Origin: Desulfatiglandales bacterium
Lineage (GTDB): Bacteria > Desulfobacterota > DSM-4660 > Desulfatiglandales > Desulfatiglandaceae
Reading direction: 5' to 3'
Assembly: GCA_963666345.1 (NCBI GenBank)
Contig: OY762721.1
Coordinates: 2,752,001-2,816,000 of the forward strand
Length of the DNA: 64,000 nt
Positions 50,090 through 62,105 of this stretch are shown in pieces. How positions within the stretch are numbered: position 1 is the first letter of the stretch; each line of letters starts with the position of its first letter. The notes beneath the pieces are model-generated. The model was not told where the DNA came from. It saw only the letters and a list, made by a program, of their open reading frames with translations, and did no database searches. Position numbers and translations under genes: made by a program.

Positions 50090-50131
50090 TTGCCACGCCA
50101 TGGCGGGATAATTTCCGCCATGGCGTGGCAA
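50090..50131. repeat. perfect 17-bp inverted repeat
   Basis: TTGCCACGCCATGGCGG-gataattt-CCGCCATGGCGTGGCAA. Confidence 0.85.
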
Positions 50132-50604
50132 ATTTTTTCAAGAATGCATCAAAAGTAGTTTCCAGAGGATATGTCATTACGATTTATCCATCAAGAAAAT
50201 TTGCCTTTTTAATGGCTTAATCGAATCGGCCTGTTATCCTTTTTTGCTTGAAATCTTAAATGTATTATTTATATATTTCATTAAATAATCAATCTCAAAT
50301 CATGAAAATTGTTTCAGGAACCTCAACCTAGAGCGAAGACCTTGCCTTGATATTTATTCGGTGTCTCTGTCTCAAGGGAGGGCCGCAGTCAAAATGAGAC
50401 GGCGCCCATCCGGAAACCGAATCAAGGGCACTGATAAGTTTCCGGATGGAAACGAGATGAGACGCGAGTTGCGTTTGTTTCATTATTGAAAACCCGGTTG
50501 TATGAGCCGGACCGGGGAAAATGGTACGACTTCTTTGTTTTGGGGGCTCAAAAGCCCGGCACCTTTTACTTGACCGGGCGATTACAGGCATATGATAAGG
50601 TCGG

Positions 50605-51477
50605 GTGAATCTGTTGACCGATAAAAAAGCCGTTTTAGGACCTGATAAAGAAAGGTACACTGCCAATCGCATAATCCGTGGCGATCAGGCCTCGGTGCCC
50701 CTGAATGCGGCGATCGTAGGCGGCGGGAAGGCTTGCTACAACCTTTTGAATATACTTGATAAAGATCGCCTTTCCGTGCTCAATATGAAGATCCTCGGGG
50801 TGGCTGACGTTGATTCGGAGGCGCCCGGTCTTGCGTACGCACGTGAGATGGGCCTTTTTACCACTTCCGATTTTGAAGAACTCTTCGGACTGGAGGGCCT
50901 TAATCTGCTGATAGAGCTTACCGGGTCGACAAAGATAAGGGAAGCCCTGATACGCAAGAAACCTATAGAGATATCCTCCATAGACCATCGAGGGGCCAGG
51001 CTTCTGTGGGATCTAATACAGATAGAGATCGAAAAGACCGAACTCCAGAAGGAACGACTCAGGGCCGAAAAGAAGAGAAAGGATCACATCCAGGTGATAC
51101 TGGATTCTCTCCCCTATCGCATCATGGTGGTAAATCTCGATATGACCATTGATACGGTTAACAGGACCTTCCTGCAGGGATTCGGGTTCAAGAGAAGTGA
51201 AGTGATAGGGGAAAAGTGCCACCAAATAAGATACGGAAAAAGCAGCCCTTGCAGCGAAACAGGCACTGCATGTATCCTGCAACATGGTATTGAGGAATTA
51301 AAAAGGCAGGGGCTTTTCAGCACTATGAAGGAGTATAGGGACAGGGAGGGAAAGACAAGATTCGACGTTATTACCATTGCACCTATCTTTGATGATGATG
51401 GTAATATCGTTCAGATCCTGGAGACATCAAGGGATGTCACGGGAAGGATCAAGACCATGACCGGGACCGGTCAATAA
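50605..51477 (+). CDS. Rossmann-like plus PAS sensory protein without an output domain (start uncertain)
   Basis: AAIVGGG..ILGVAD..LIELTG domain, coiled coil, PAS/PAC ending RDVT. Confidence 0.75.
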   Translation: MNLLTDKKAVLGPDKERYTANRIIRGDQASVPLNAAIVGGGKACYNLLNILDKDRLSVLNMKILGVADVDSEAPGLAYAREMGLFTTSDFEELFGLEGLNLLIELTGSTKIREALIRKKPIEISSIDHRGARLLWDLIQIEIEKTELQKERLRAEKKRKDHIQVILDSLPYRIMVVNLDMTIDTVNRTFLQGFGFKRSEVIGEKCHQIRYGKSSPCSETGTACILQHGIEELKRQGLFSTMKEYRDREGKTRFDVITIAPIFDDDGNIVQILETSRDVTGRIKTMTGTGQ

Positions 51478-51628
51478 CGGAAACTTGATTCGTTTTAGCC
51501 TTAATACCATGCAGTTTGCCGAAGGGGGGTGTATTCCGGAAAGGGGGTGAAAAGGGTTTAAATCGTAAGGTCTTCTGTTTTCTTCACAATCTTATCCTGT
51601 ATTAAAAATTGAACTAGGAGAGTTGAAA

Positions 51629-52204
51629 ATGAAAAAGATACTGCTTTTTTCTTTTGCTTTGATTTTTGCGTTAAGCGGGATTTCTCTTGCAGGCACGGAC
51701 TACAAATACCCTGTTAAGGCTTGCCATGACGGCGGTGACATCACCCCGGCCAAGGCCCATGAAATGGTTTCAAAGGATCAGGCTCATACCTTCATAGTTG
51801 ATTGCAGGACAAGGGCTGAGTATGAATTCGTGGGTCATCCTGAGGGCGCTTATAATATCCCTCTTCAATTTTTGACCAACAAACTGGGGAAAAAGGGCTA
51901 TGACAAGGTAGCAAACGAAAACTTCGGAAAGGATCTTCTTTCCCGTTTCAACCCGAAGACCGATACCCTTATCTTTATGTGCCGGAGCGGTAAAAGAAGT
52001 TGCATGAGCTGTTGCGAGGCCGCAAAGGCAGGGTTTTCAGCCGACAAGCTCTTTAATATGATGGGCGGATTTGAAGGAGACAAGGTTTCATATAAAGGAA
52101 GCGCCTATCATGGTAAGAGAAAGGTCGGGGGATGGCGAAATGAAGGCCTTCCCTGGAGTTACCATATGGATGCAAAGCTTGCCTATCAACCGGCTGCAAA
52201 ATAG
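51629..52204 (+). CDS. exported rhodanese-domain sulfurtransferase
   Basis: Signal peptide; DCRT..E...GHP, CRSGKRS active loop, GGFEG, GW..EGLPW. Confidence 0.88.
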   Translation: MKKILLFSFALIFALSGISLAGTDYKYPVKACHDGGDITPAKAHEMVSKDQAHTFIVDCRTRAEYEFVGHPEGAYNIPLQFLTNKLGKKGYDKVANENFGKDLLSRFNPKTDTLIFMCRSGKRSCMSCCEAAKAGFSADKLFNMMGGFEGDKVSYKGSAYHGKRKVGGWRNEGLPWSYHMDAKLAYQPAAK

Positions 52205-52252
52205 ACGCACCCTGTAATCATTTTTGATGCATTCGCAAAAAGTCAAAATTGA

Positions 52253-52376
52253 GACGGCACAGTAGAAAGTTCAAATGCAAGGCTTGCAAATCTTGAGGAA
52301 TGAGGAGTACATATAGTACGCCGCAATGATGAAAGATGAAGCATAACGCAGCAGTTGGACTTTCTACTGTGCCGTC
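52253..52376. repeat. MITE/REP-like palindromic intergenic element
   Basis: 22-bp terminal IR GACGGCACAGTAGAAAGTTCAA / TTGGACTTTCTACTGTGCCGTC (21/22 match); internal GTAC-atata-GTAC hairpin; extra end-like copy at 52225-52244. Confidence 0.75.
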
Positions 52377-52625
52377 ATTTTTGAAAGGTCTGTTATCTCT
52401 GCGATGGCGGGCCTTTCAATTTTTCATGATCTCCTTGTCTTCTTCAAGCGCCCCTCAAGCCGGCCGCTTTTTCCGCCGTAATGTCTTCGCAGATTTAAAC
52501 GGTAAATCCTCAGCCCGTTAGCCCCGGATCCGCATAAAGGCCTATGATCAGATTTCAGATAATTTAGGTCCGTCTGAGGTTGAACCTGCCTTAAACCCGT
52601 TGACATGAAGTGACCTTTCGGCTAA

Positions 52626-53960
<1,335 letters not shown>

Positions 53961-54062
53961 TATAAAAGGATTGTTCCTTTTTTAGACTATGGTCCTCAGG
54001 AGCATTTCCTGTTGAAGTAGTGTTTCACGAGGACCGGCCTGCTTTACTGAAATCTGGTGAAA

Positions 54063-55958
54063 ATGTCTAACTTCGACAAGATCTACGATGTTATAGTGGT
54101 GGGAGCCGGCCATGCCGGCTGCGAGGCCGCCCTGGCCTCCGCCAGGATGGGCCACCCGACTCTCCTTTTGACCATAAATCTGGACAATACAGCCGCCATG
54201 AGCTGCAACCCCGCCATAGGCGGGCTTGCAAAGGGTCACCTGGTAAAAGAAATCGACGCCCTGGGCGGAGAAATGGCCAAAAACGCCGATCACACGGGCA
54301 TTCAGTTCAGGCGGCTCAATACCAGAAAGGGACTGGCTGTTCAGGGTTCAAGGTCTCAAAACGACATGGATCTGTATCGAAGGAGGATGAAATCGGTCCT
54401 GGAATCGCAGCCGAATCTCGACATTCGCCAGGCAATGGTTGAAAGGCTTCTGATCAAAGATGACACGGTCCGCGGGGTTGAAAATCAGTTCCATGAAAAA
54501 TTTCCGGGCAAGACCGTTATCCTTACCGCGGGCACATTCCTGCGGGGGCTGATCCATGTCGGCCTTGATAATTTTCCCGCAGGCCGTCTTGGGGATCCTC
54601 CGGCATTGGGATTATCCCGGCAGTTGAATGACCTGGGATTTGATCTGGGAAGACTCAAGACAGGCACAACACCGAGACTGAACGGGAGAACGATCGATTT
54701 TAAAGGCCTTACAGAACAGAAAGGAGACAGGGATCCAAGGCCCTTTTCCTTTTCAACAGAAAAACTCCCCTTGCCGCAGGTCTCCTGTTTTATAACCTAC
54801 ACGAATGAGAAGACGCATGAAATAATAAGGGAAGGCCTGAATCGTTCCCCGCTTTTCAGCGGCGTGATCGAGGGAACCGGTGCCAGGTATTGCCCGTCCA
54901 TAGAAGACAAGATAGTAAGGTTTAAGGAAAAAAGCAGGCACCAGGTCTTTCTGGAACCTGAGGGCCTTGATACGGTTGAGATTTATCCGAACGGTATCCC
55001 GACAAGCCTGCCCATGGATATACAGATAAGGATGGTGCGCTCGATTCAAGGTCTTGAAAAGGCGGAAATCCTGAGGCCCGGATATGCAATCGAATACGAC
55101 TATATCGACCCTATTCAGCTCAAACCCACCCAGGAAACAAAGCTTATAGGAGGGCTGTATCATGCAGGACAGATAAACGGCACCTCCGGATATGAAGAGG
55201 CGGCCGCTCAGGGTCTTCTGGCCTCTATAAACGCAGTATTGAAGATCCGCGGAGAACAACCCCTCATCCTCAAGAGGTCGGAGGCGTATGCAGGCGTCCT
55301 GATTGATGACCTTGTCACAAAAGGTACCAGGGAACCCTACCGGATGTTTACCTCCAGGGCGGAGCACCGGCTTCTTCTGCGCGAGGATAATGCGGATTTC
55401 AGACTGAGGGATCTGGGCCGCAGACTGGGCCTGGTATCGGATGATGTTTATGAGGATTTCCGCAGGAAGCGGGCCCTGGTGGATGAGCTTCTTGAACGCC
55501 TTGAAAGGGTCGTAATAAGGCCTGATACCTCTGTGAACGAAAGGCTGGCAGCCATCGGCACGGTAGAGGTGAAAAACACCCTTTCCCTGGCTCAACTCCT
55601 GAAGAGGACCGACATATTCTTTGAAGACCTGATCGGTTTTGATCCGGGATTGTCTGAAACGAGAAAAGATGTCTCCCTTGAGGTTGAGACCCGGATAAAG
55701 TATGAAGGCTACATCGACAGGCAGGAAAGACAGGTCGAAAAGATGGCCCGTATAGAGGCGGTAAATATTCCGCAGGATACGGATTACCAGGTAATCCACG
55801 GTCTTACCTCGGAAGTGAGAGAAAAACTGGGGAGAGTCAGACCCGTTTCGCTTGGACAGGCCTCACGAATATCAGGCATAACACCTGCCGCCATAATGGC
55901 GATACAGATCCATCTCAAAAGGGCCAGGTCGGAGCAGGCCGCCTCAGGGGATATTTGA
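54063..55958 (+). CDS. mnmG: tRNA U34 modification enzyme MnmG (GidA)
   Basis: [40 protein letters not shown]. Confidence 0.98.
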   Translation: MSNFDKIYDVIVVGAGHAGCEAALASARMGHPTLLLTINLDNTAAMSCNPAIGGLAKGHLVKEIDALGGEMAKNADHTGIQFRRLNTRKGLAVQGSRSQNDMDLYRRRMKSVLESQPNLDIRQAMVERLLIKDDTVRGVENQFHEKFPGKTVILTAGTFLRGLIHVGLDNFPAGRLGDPPALGLSRQLNDLGFDLGRLKTGTTPRLNGRTIDFKGLTEQKGDRDPRPFSFSTEKLPLPQVSCFITYTNEKTHEIIREGLNRSPLFSGVIEGTGARYCPSIEDKIVRFKEKSRHQVFLEPEGLDTVEIYPNGIPTSLPMDIQIRMVRSIQGLEKAEILRPGYAIEYDYIDPIQLKPTQETKLIGGLYHAGQINGTSGYEEAAAQGLLASINAVLKIRGEQPLILKRSEAYAGVLIDDLVTKGTREPYRMFTSRAEHRLLLREDNADFRLRDLGRRLGLVSDDVYEDFRRKRALVDELLERLERVVIRPDTSVNERLAAIGTVEVKNTLSLAQLLKRTDIFFEDLIGFDPGLSETRKDVSLEVETRIKYEGYIDRQERQVEKMARIEAVNIPQDTDYQVIHGLTSEVREKLGRVRPVSLGQASRISGITPAAIMAIQIHLKRARSEQAASGDI

Positions 55959-56295
55959 GCAACCCGGTTTTTTTCCTTTGATCCTCTGGACATTTTTTAA
56001 CCGACATTGTAAAAATTAAACGGCATTTGCCCTGTGTGTCCTCTGTAACCGGTAAATGAGTGCGCCTTTGTCACATCGCAGTTTGTCTCATTGTAGAAGA
56101 TACGGTTTTTGGTGCAGGGTTGGGAAAAATGGTGTGGCCTTAATTGATCGGGAATAGTGCCTGAAGTTGTGGAGTCGCTTCACTGCGTTATCTTTAAAAA
56201 GAGCAATCTCCCTTTACTTTAGGTATCCCGGGCATTTGGCTAACTTTAGCCATTCTGAAACCGGGCATATATGGGTTATTCCAATGGAGGGGTGA

Positions 56296-56580
56296 ATGAA
56301 AGCCGACATAAGCAAAGACCAGTGGGTCTGGGTGGTCATACAGGATCCGGGAGAAAAGGAGCTTTTTCTTGGCCAGCATGATGAGGAGAAGGGGATATCC
56401 TATATCCCGATCTTTCTTGAAAAAGAGGCGGCCGGCAAGGGTATCAATTTCCTGGCCAAAGAAGAGGGACATAAGTATGAAATTCAGGCCATACAATACG
56501 GGCATCTGTTAACGGATGCCGTAAAGGCGGGCTTTAACATCCTGTTGATGGATGATTCCGGAAACCGGGTCGAAATATAG
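56296..56580 (+). CDS. hypothetical protein
   Basis: GGAGG RBS; 94-aa ORF in an intergenic gap with natural composition. Confidence 0.7.
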   Translation: MKADISKDQWVWVVIQDPGEKELFLGQHDEEKGISYIPIFLEKEAAGKGINFLAKEEGHKYEIQAIQYGHLLTDAVKAGFNILLMDDSGNRVEI

Positions 56581-56648
56581 CAACCAAGGCCCGGACAAAA
56601 ATTATCGTGTGTCTTTTTCGACTTTTTCTTTTTTTAAAGGAGAGAGAA

Positions 56649-57290
56649 ATGGGCTGGTTCATCGGCAACTTTTCATCATCCATAGGCAAAAAGCAGGTTA
56701 TGGCCTTGACGGGCTTTCTTTTTTGTTCTTTTGTGGCGGTGCACCTTTTCGGAAATTTGAGCATATACGGAGGAAAGGAATTTTTCGGCTCCTATGCCGA
56801 GCACCTTCACTCCCTGGGAGTGCTTATAAATCTTGCGGAACTGGGCCTTTTGATCTCCGCTCTCTTCCATGTCGCACTTGCAGCGCTTCTCTATTTTGAA
56901 AACCTGCGTGCCAGACCGACCCGGTATGTAATGAAAAAAAATGCGGGCGGCCGCACGTTGAGTTCCTCGCTCATGCCCTATACGGGAGCCTATCTCATCT
57001 TTTTCGTATTGATACATCTTCTGACATTCCATTTTGTCGAGCATACCCCGGAAAACGTCTACGACCTTGTGAAGGATGTGTTTTCCAGCCTTGGCTACGT
57101 CGGATTCTATATCTTTTCCATGGTGGTGGTCGCGATTCATGTAAAGCATGGCTTCTGGAGCGCGTTTCAGACCGTGGGGGCCAATCACGGCAAGTATATG
57201 CCGTTCATAAGGTTCGCAGGCCTTGCGCTTAGCCTGCTCATCGGTGTCGGCTTTTCTTCAATTCCTTTATTTGTTTTTTCAAGGGGGTAA
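56649..57290 (+). CDS. sdhC: succinate dehydrogenase/fumarate reductase cytochrome b subunit
   Basis: SSIGKK..MALTG, five transmembrane segments, His heme ligands, HGFWSAFQT. Confidence 0.9.
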   Translation: MGWFIGNFSSSIGKKQVMALTGFLFCSFVAVHLFGNLSIYGGKEFFGSYAEHLHSLGVLINLAELGLLISALFHVALAALLYFENLRARPTRYVMKKNAGGRTLSSSLMPYTGAYLIFFVLIHLLTFHFVEHTPENVYDLVKDVFSSLGYVGFYIFSMVVVAIHVKHGFWSAFQTVGANHGKYMPFIRFAGLALSLLIGVGFSSIPLFVFSRG

Positions 57291-57298
57291 GGAGATCT

Positions 57299-59212
57299 AT
57301 GCAACTTGATTCAAAGGTGCCTGGCGGTCCGTTGGAGGAAAAGTGGGACAAACACCGCTTCGAGCTAAAGCTTGTTAATCCCGCCAACAAGAGGAAATTC
57401 GAGGTAATCGTGGTCGGGACCGGGCTGGCAGGTGCATCAGCGGCCGCCAGTCTGGCTGAGCTGGGTTACAAGGTAAAGGTCTTCTGCATCCAGGATACCC
57501 CAAGGCGTGCCCACAGTATCGCAGCGCAGGGGGGGATAAACGCCGCGAAAAATTATCCCGGTGACGGCGACAGTATCTGGAGATTGTTTTACGATACCGT
57601 AAAAGGGGGCGATTTCCGGGCAAGGGAGGCAAATGTCTATCGTCTTGCCCAGATAAGTAACCACATTATCGATCAATGCGTTGCCCAGGGGGTTCCATTT
57701 GCAAGGGAATACGGAGGGCTTCTTGCGAACCGGTCTTTTGGCGGAGCCCAGGTGTCAAGGACATTTTATGCCAGAGGTCAGACAGGACAGCAGTTATTGA
57801 TCGGGGCCTACAGCGCGCTCATGAGGCAGGCGGCAAGCGGCAGGCTGGAGATATTCCCCCGCCGTGAAATGATGGATCTTGTGACAAAGGAGGGCAGGGC
57901 AAGGGGGATCGTGGTAAGGAATCTTATCTCGGGCCGGCTTGAAAGCTATTCGGCCCATGCCGTGATACTGGCAACCGGTGGATACGGCAATGCATATTTT
58001 TTATCGACAAACGGCATGAGCTCAAATGTAAGCGCCATATGGCGGGCTCATAAGAGGGGCGCCCTGTTCGCAAATCCTTCATTTGTCCAAATTCACCCGA
58101 CCTGCATCCCGGTTCATGGAGAATATCAGTCAAAGCTGACTCTTATGAGTGAGAGTCTGAGAAACGACGCCAGGGTCTGGGTTCCGAAAAAAAAGGGTGA
58201 TTCCAGACCTCCCGGTGAGATACCTGAATCGGAAAGGGATTACTATCTTGAAAGGAGATACCCAAGTTTCGGAAACCTTGTCCCACGGGACGTGGCATCA
58301 AGAAATGCCAAGCAGCAGTGTGACGAGGGAAGGGGTGTAGGCCCGACAGGATATGCCGTCTATCTCGATCTTAGAGATGCCATAGAAAGGGACGGCAGCG
58401 ATGTGATCAAAAAGAAATATGGCAACCTTTTCCAGATGTACGAAAGAATTACGGGCGAGGACCCCTATAACACCCCCATGATGATTTATCCCGCGGTTCA
58501 TTACGTCATGGGAGGGCTGTGGGTGGATTATAATCTGATGAGCACCATCCCTGGCCTTTTTGTCCTGGGGGAGGCCAATTTTTCAGACCATGGCTCAAAC
58601 CGCCTGGGGGCGAGCGCACTGATGCAGGGCCTGGCGGACGGATATTTTATTATCCCCTATACCTTGGGGGGGTATCTTGCCGGGACCGAATTTGCAAGCC
58701 TGGATGAAAACGACAGCGCCTTTAGAGATTCGGTGAATTCGGCATCTGAAGATATCAAGCGGCTTCTGTCGATCGACGGGAAAAGAACAGTGGATGATTT
58801 TCACAGGAAACTGGGGAAGATCCTCTGGGAACGGTGCGGCATGGCAAGGGATCAGGCCGGCATGCTGGAGGCAAAGGGCATTATCCCTGAACTGAGAGAG
58901 GAGTTCTGGGAAAACGTTACCATCCCGGGCAGTTCCGGCGAATTGAATCAGACCCTGGAAAGGGCGATCAGGGTGGCTGATTTTCTTGAATTCGGGGAAC
59001 TTCTTGTTGAAGACGCCCTGTCACGAGAGGAATCCTGTGGATGCCATTTCAATGTCGCCTGCCAGACGGAAGACCATGAGGCGCTAAGAAATGATGAAAC
59101 CGGTTGCTATGTTTCCGCCTGGGAGTTCAGAGGTGTGGGCAAAACCCCCGTTCTTCATAAAGAACCTCTTTCCTTTGAATTTGTCGAACTCACACAGAGG
59201 AGCTATAAATGA
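57299..59212 (+). CDS. sdhA: succinate dehydrogenase/fumarate reductase flavoprotein
   Basis: [32 protein letters not shown]. Confidence 0.95.
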   Translation: MQLDSKVPGGPLEEKWDKHRFELKLVNPANKRKFEVIVVGTGLAGASAAASLAELGYKVKVFCIQDTPRRAHSIAAQGGINAAKNYPGDGDSIWRLFYDTVKGGDFRAREANVYRLAQISNHIIDQCVAQGVPFAREYGGLLANRSFGGAQVSRTFYARGQTGQQLLIGAYSALMRQAASGRLEIFPRREMMDLVTKEGRARGIVVRNLISGRLESYSAHAVILATGGYGNAYFLSTNGMSSNVSAIWRAHKRGALFANPSFVQIHPTCIPVHGEYQSKLTLMSESLRNDARVWVPKKKGDSRPPGEIPESERDYYLERRYPSFGNLVPRDVASRNAKQQCDEGRGVGPTGYAVYLDLRDAIERDGSDVIKKKYGNLFQMYERITGEDPYNTPMMIYPAVHYVMGGLWVDYNLMSTIPGLFVLGEANFSDHGSNRLGASALMQGLADGYFIIPYTLGGYLAGTEFASLDENDSAFRDSVNSASEDIKRLLSIDGKRTVDDFHRKLGKILWERCGMARDQAGMLEAKGIIPELREEFWENVTIPGSSGELNQTLERAIRVADFLEFGELLVEDALSREESCGCHFNVACQTEDHEALRNDETGCYVSAWEFRGVGKTPVLHKEPLSFEFVELTQRSYK

Positions 59213-59973
59213 GCGAAACCATCAATTTGACTCTCAAGGTATGGCGGCAAAAGGGACCAGAGGAAAAGGGAGGCATCAGGACATACGAGGCAAGGGATAT
59301 CTCAACGGACATGTCTTTTCTGGAGATGATCGATGTGGTCAATGAACGGCTTGTACTTGAGGGGATAGAGCCGATAGCCTTTGATCATGACTGTCGCGAG
59401 GGTATCTGCGGGATGTGTGGGGCGGTTGTGAACGGCATAGCTCATGGACCGCAAAAGGGAACTACCCTGTGCCAGTTGCACATGAGGCACTTCCAAGATG
59501 GCGACACAATCGTAATCGAGCCGTTCAGGGCGCGTGCCTTCAGGTTGATAAAGGATCTTGTGGTTGACCGAAGCGCCTTTGACAAGATCATTCAGGCAGG
59601 CGGCTATGTGTCCGTAAATACCGGCCAGGCACAGGAAGCCAATACTATCCCTATTGCGCCTGACAAGGTGGAGCTTGCCATGGACGCGGCAGCCTGCATA
59701 GGATGCGGCGCATGTGTCGCAGCCTGCCCTAACGCTTCAGCCATGCTGTTTACAGGCACGAAGATTTCACATCTGGCCTTGTTGCCTCAGGGAAAGGCCG
59801 AGGCATCGGCACGCGCCCTGTCCATGCTCAAGACCATGGATGAGATGGGGTTCGGCAACTGCAGCAATGAAACGGAGTGTGAGGCCGTATGCCCGAAGGA
59901 GATTTCCATCACGAATATCGCGCGATTCAACCGTGAGTTCTTAAAGGCTGCCATTGTTTCCTCAGAGAAATAG
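59209..59973 (+). CDS. sdhB: succinate dehydrogenase/fumarate reductase Fe-S subunit
   Basis: [33 protein letters not shown]. Confidence 0.95.
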   Translation: MSETINLTLKVWRQKGPEEKGGIRTYEARDISTDMSFLEMIDVVNERLVLEGIEPIAFDHDCREGICGMCGAVVNGIAHGPQKGTTLCQLHMRHFQDGDTIVIEPFRARAFRLIKDLVVDRSAFDKIIQAGGYVSVNTGQAQEANTIPIAPDKVELAMDAAACIGCGACVAACPNASAMLFTGTKISHLALLPQGKAEASARALSMLKTMDEMGFGNCSNETECEAVCPKEISITNIARFNREFLKAAIVSSEK

Positions 59974-60130
59974 GGTGATCAGTTTATATTAAAAGACTGT
60001 AGGAAGCGCGGAAAATGAATATTAAGCAGATAATGAGGAACGTGCCGAAATGCCAGGATGATCGGATTGTTAAAGGACGTAATCCTTTGCGATACTTATA
60101 AAAAAGGGGTTTGGGGAGGACATTTTTTTC

Positions 60131-60159
60131 TTGACACCTCAATGCAATTTGTCTATAGA
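60131..60159 (+). promoter_or_regulatory. candidate sigma70 promoter of the dsrT-dsrMKJ operon
   Basis: TTGACA-N17-TATAGA. Confidence 0.4.
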
Positions 60160-60385
60160 GCTGCTTCAAAAGCAGTTGATTCTTACACGCATCCAAACCA
60201 ATTTTTGAGTCTTTCTTATTCTATTGACCGGCGATTTTCCGAAATGGAAGAGATGCTTTGCCATCCCGGAAGTTGACTTAAGGATAATGTCTAAGGAAGG
60301 CTTCTGGTTAGACCCTCAATATCTCCGCCTTAAGATAGATCGGGGCCTCAGTAGTTTTTTTTATTTTCGTGTTTAAGATTTCATC

Positions 60386-60403
60386 TTGAAAATTTCTTTT
60401 CAA
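60386..60403. promoter_or_regulatory. candidate Rex-like operator
   Basis: Perfect dyad TTGAAAA-TTTC-TTTTCAA with the 7-4-7 geometry of Rex boxes (TTGTGAA-N4-TTCACAA). Confidence 0.4.
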
Positions 60404-60459
60404 AATGCAATTCATTGATCCTGTGATCTTTATGTGAGCCGATGCCCCAATACAGCAAA

Positions 60460-60975
60460 ATGGACTTAAAAACATATCTGGAACAAAATAGTGAAGCCAT
60501 TGTAAAAAAGTGGCGTGATGCGGTCGTTGATTCCTACCCAGGCGATTCTCGAAGGTTTTTGAGAAAGGAAAAGGATCAATTCGCAAATCCGGTCGGGCAT
60601 ATAATTACCAAGGACCTTGAAAGCCTGGTAAAAAGTCTGTCAGGGGATGAAACAATAGAAAACGCCTCCTTATGCCTTGAAAATATAATAAGGGTGAGAG
60701 CGGTTCAGGATTTCAAGCCTTCCGATGCGGTTGGATTTGTCATGGCCTTGAAGAGGATACTGAGGGAGTCCTTAAGGGAAAAAGGCATGGGTCAAGGAGA
60801 TGATTCCGAGATCCGTAAAGTCGAGGAAAGTATAGACCGGATGGCCCTTTTGGCTTTTGATATCTATTCGCAGTGCCGTCAGAAGATATTCGATATCCGC
60901 GTGAAGGAGGTCAAAAACCAGCTGGGAAAATTGCTGGAGCGTTCCAATTTGACATTTGAAATCCCCGAGGATTAG
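60460..60975 (+). CDS. dsrT: DsrT (RsbRD N-terminal domain protein)
   Basis: KW...V..YP, DQFANPVG, IIRVRAVQDF.PS.AV, AFDIY..CR; directly upstream of dsrM. Confidence 0.8.
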   Translation: MDLKTYLEQNSEAIVKKWRDAVVDSYPGDSRRFLRKEKDQFANPVGHIITKDLESLVKSLSGDETIENASLCLENIIRVRAVQDFKPSDAVGFVMALKRILRESLREKGMGQGDDSEIRKVEESIDRMALLAFDIYSQCRQKIFDIRVKEVKNQLGKLLERSNLTFEIPED

Positions 60976-61029
60976 ATTTTTTAAGGGGTGACAACAAAGA
61001 CAGTGCTATTTTAAGAGAGGTAGTGGTTT

Positions 61030-62103
61030 ATGAATTTCATACTGGGCATCCTCATTTCAGGCTTTGCAGTTACCTTGGTAGTCTTGATTCCATGGATCGG
61101 AGTGGCTGCTTTTGATCTGCGCACCTTTTTTGGGATCATAATACCTTATGTCGCCATGGCGACTTTTTTTATCGGGATAATCTACAGGGTTGTGGGGTGG
61201 GCCAGGTCTCCCGTGCCTTTCAGGATACCAACTACCGCAGGCCAGCAGTGGTCCTTCCCATGGATCAAGCCAAATCCGATTGACAACCCGAAAGGCGGGG
61301 GCGCCGCCCTGGTCAGGATGGTTTTTGAGGTACTCACTTTCAGGTCTCTATTCAGAAACACCAGACTGGAGTATCGAAGGGACGATGACGGGACACCCAG
61401 GGTCAACTACGAGTGGGAACTCTGGTTGTGGATTTCCGCGCTTGCCTTTCACTATTCGTTTTTTGTGATTTTTGTGAGGCATTTCAGGTTTTTCACCGAA
61501 CCTGTGCCATGGTTTGTTCATCTTCTGGAGAACCTCGACGGTTTCATGCAGCTCGGCTCTCTTCCCCTAAACGGTCTAGGGGTCCCTGGCATATACCTTA
61601 CGGACGGAATTCTGCTGGCTGCGGTGACATACCTTTTTGTAAGAAGGATCTATGTCGCTCAGACACGTTATATCTCTCTGCCTGCGGATTATTTCCCGCT
61701 TTTTCTGATACTGGCCCTCGGGTTGAGCGGGGTATTGATGAGATATTTTATCAGGGTGGATATCACCGCGGTAAAGGAACTGGCAGTCGGCCTCTTTAAA
61801 TTTAGCCCAAAGGCGCCTGAAGGAATAGGCGTGATATTTTATATCCATCTGTTTATAATAAGCGTCCTTATCGCATATTTTCCGTTCAGCAAACTTATGC
61901 ACTTCGCGGGAGTTTTCCTAAGTCCTACCAGAAATCTTGCCAATAACAACCGTTTTGTAAGACATTCAAATCCCTGGGATTATCCTGTTGAAACGCATAC
62001 CTATGAGGAATATGAGGATGAATTCAGGGGCCCCATGGTTGAGGCGGGCCTGCCCGTTGAAAAAGGGCTTGAGTCAACAGAAGAAAACGGAGAAAAGGAG
62101 TAG
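61030..62103 (+). CDS. dsrM: DsrM membrane cytochrome b subunit
   Basis: PVPFRIPTT.GQQ, FHY, YFPFSKLMH, SPTRNLANN. Confidence 0.93.
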   Translation: MNFILGILISGFAVTLVVLIPWIGVAAFDLRTFFGIIIPYVAMATFFIGIIYRVVGWARSPVPFRIPTTAGQQWSFPWIKPNPIDNPKGGGAALVRMVFEVLTFRSLFRNTRLEYRRDDDGTPRVNYEWELWLWISALAFHYSFFVIFVRHFRFFTEPVPWFVHLLENLDGFMQLGSLPLNGLGVPGIYLTDGILLAAVTYLFVRRIYVAQTRYISLPADYFPLFLILALGLSGVLMRYFIRVDITAVKELAVGLFKFSPKAPEGIGVIFYIHLFIISVLIAYFPFSKLMHFAGVFLSPTRNLANNNRFVRHSNPWDYPVETHTYEEYEDEFRGPMVEAGLPVEKGLESTEENGEKE

Positions 62104-62105
62104 AA

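Noticed and set aside
50010..50177. N-terminal extension of the histidine kinase in the ORF track (similar extensions on dctP, recR, tpsB, lptD)
   Set aside because: The extensions cross regulatory DNA or neighbouring genes; downstream starts have better RBS or signal peptides
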